Positions 36,668-37,496 of a DNA stretch of 37,496 nt are shown piece after piece (within the stretch, counting starts at the first letter, position 1; the number at the start of each line of letters is the position of its first letter). The stretch is from Bacteriovoracaceae bacterium. GTDB taxonomy: Bacteria; Bdellovibrionota; Bacteriovoracia; Bacteriovoracales; Bacteriovoracaceae. Under the pieces are notes generated by a model. It was given only the letters and a program-made list of their open reading frames with translations. It did not search any database and had not been told where the DNA came from. A program made the position numbers and the translations under genes. The stretch is from positions 1-37,496 of the forward strand of contig JAKLJM010000003.1 in assembly GCA_023151145.1 (NCBI GenBank). The letters run 5' to 3'.

Positions 36668-37496
36668 TTGGCACACCATAAAATTTTAATTGTAGATGAT
36701 GAAGAAGAGATTCGAGAAGTCATGGTCATGATGATCGAGACAATCGGTCAATTTGAGATTGTTGAAGCTCATTCAGGAAATCACGCGATTAAAATTCTTC
36801 AAAGCCATCAAGATATCGGACTCATTTTTTGTGATTACCGTATGAACGATGGAAATGGCGGAGATGTTTATCAATGGGTTTATCAAAACCGTCCAGAAGT
36901 TCCTTACGTTTTAGTTTCCACTGCGGAACCTCGTGATATCGATGCGCTCAAAGGGTTGTTTGAACACAATCGTTTGAATGATCATATCGTAAAACCATTT
37001 GACGATGATATGCTTCGTGGAAGTATTGAAAGAGTTTTTTTAAATCAAGACAATAAAAGAAAACAAAATGATCTTTCTAGTAAAGTGAGTTTTTGCCAAA
37101 TAGCTATTCTGGATTTTTTAAAATACAACCCAGCATGTAAGGTCTTTATTAAAATAAACGATGATAAGTTTATTAAGATTCGCGATGAAGACGACGAGAG
37201 CGTTGACCTGTTGGAGAAGTATCGCGAAAAAGGAATGGTTGAAGTTTATATTCTGAAAGCAGACTATGAATCTCTTATTCTAGATCGATTAAAAGAAATT
37301 CAGGCCAAAAATGACACAATTTCATCATTAGAATTCACCCGAGAAGTTTTAAGAAATTTAGGCGTGCAAGAAATTACTATTGCTCAAATTGATGAAGTGG
37401 TCGGCCAGATAGAAAGTGAAATTAACGAAGTCCCAGAACTTCGGAAATTTCTCGATAAGTTTAAAAAACGTAGAGACTATATCACTGACCATAGTA
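36668..37496 (+). CDS. Response-regulator receiver protein, likely with a downstream HD-type output domain; 3'-truncated by the window
   Basis: TTG start after AAGGA; ILIVDDEE, FCDYRM, VKPF; the frame runs off the end at ...DYITDHS. Confidence 0.8.
   Translation, partial: MAHHKILIVDDEEEIREVMVMMIETIGQFEIVEAHSGNHAIKILQSHQDIGLIFCDYRMNDGNGGDVYQWVYQNRPEVPYVLVSTAEPRDIDALKGLFEHNRLNDHIVKPFDDDMLRGSIERVFLNQDNKRKQNDLSSKVSFCQIAILDFLKYNPACKVFIKINDDKFIKIRDEDDESVDLLEKYREKGMVEVYILKADYESLILDRLKEIQAKNDTISSLEFTREVLRNLGVQEITIAQIDEVVGQIESEINEVPELRKFLDKFKKRRDYITDHS

Overview
AT-rich bacterial chromosome segment. The gene families (divergent DUF4360 pair, HTH protein resembling the Bdellovibrionota TIGR02147/DUF4423 group, orphan family-3 solute-binding proteins, sigma28-type promoters) suggest a Bacteriovoracaceae/Bdellovibrionota predator; this is inference. 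Housekeeping blocks flank the window (hflX, panC, coaBC, radical SAM, DedA, agmatinase, C1 peptidase on the left; tRNA-Asp, SDR, tsaA, def, LMW-PTP, greB on the right). Two accessory features stand out. (1) At 17781-18446, missed by the ORF track, are two tandem ~371-bp-spaced modules. Each encodes a 29-aa TisB/DinQ-like amphipathic peptide on the minus strand and a divergent ~75-nt sRNA whose two separate segments are complementary to the start and the end of its own peptide ORF and co-vary between copies. This is a candidate undescribed type I toxin-antitoxin family. (2) A ~12.7-kb integrase-less defence island lies between a ~67-bp att direct repeat at the tRNA-Asp 3' end (19024-19090 / 31691-31757). 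It carries a SAMHD1-like HD protein, a degenerate IS3, an 8x Zn-ribbon nuclease plus a PD-(D/E)xK nuclease, a HEPN/Toprim-N-Toprim protein, a ligase-Ia-like protein, a DEDDh-BRCT protein and a TIR-TIR-TIR-SLOG (Thoeris-like) operon. Three housekeeping-type genes show short internal deletions that may be assembly artefacts.
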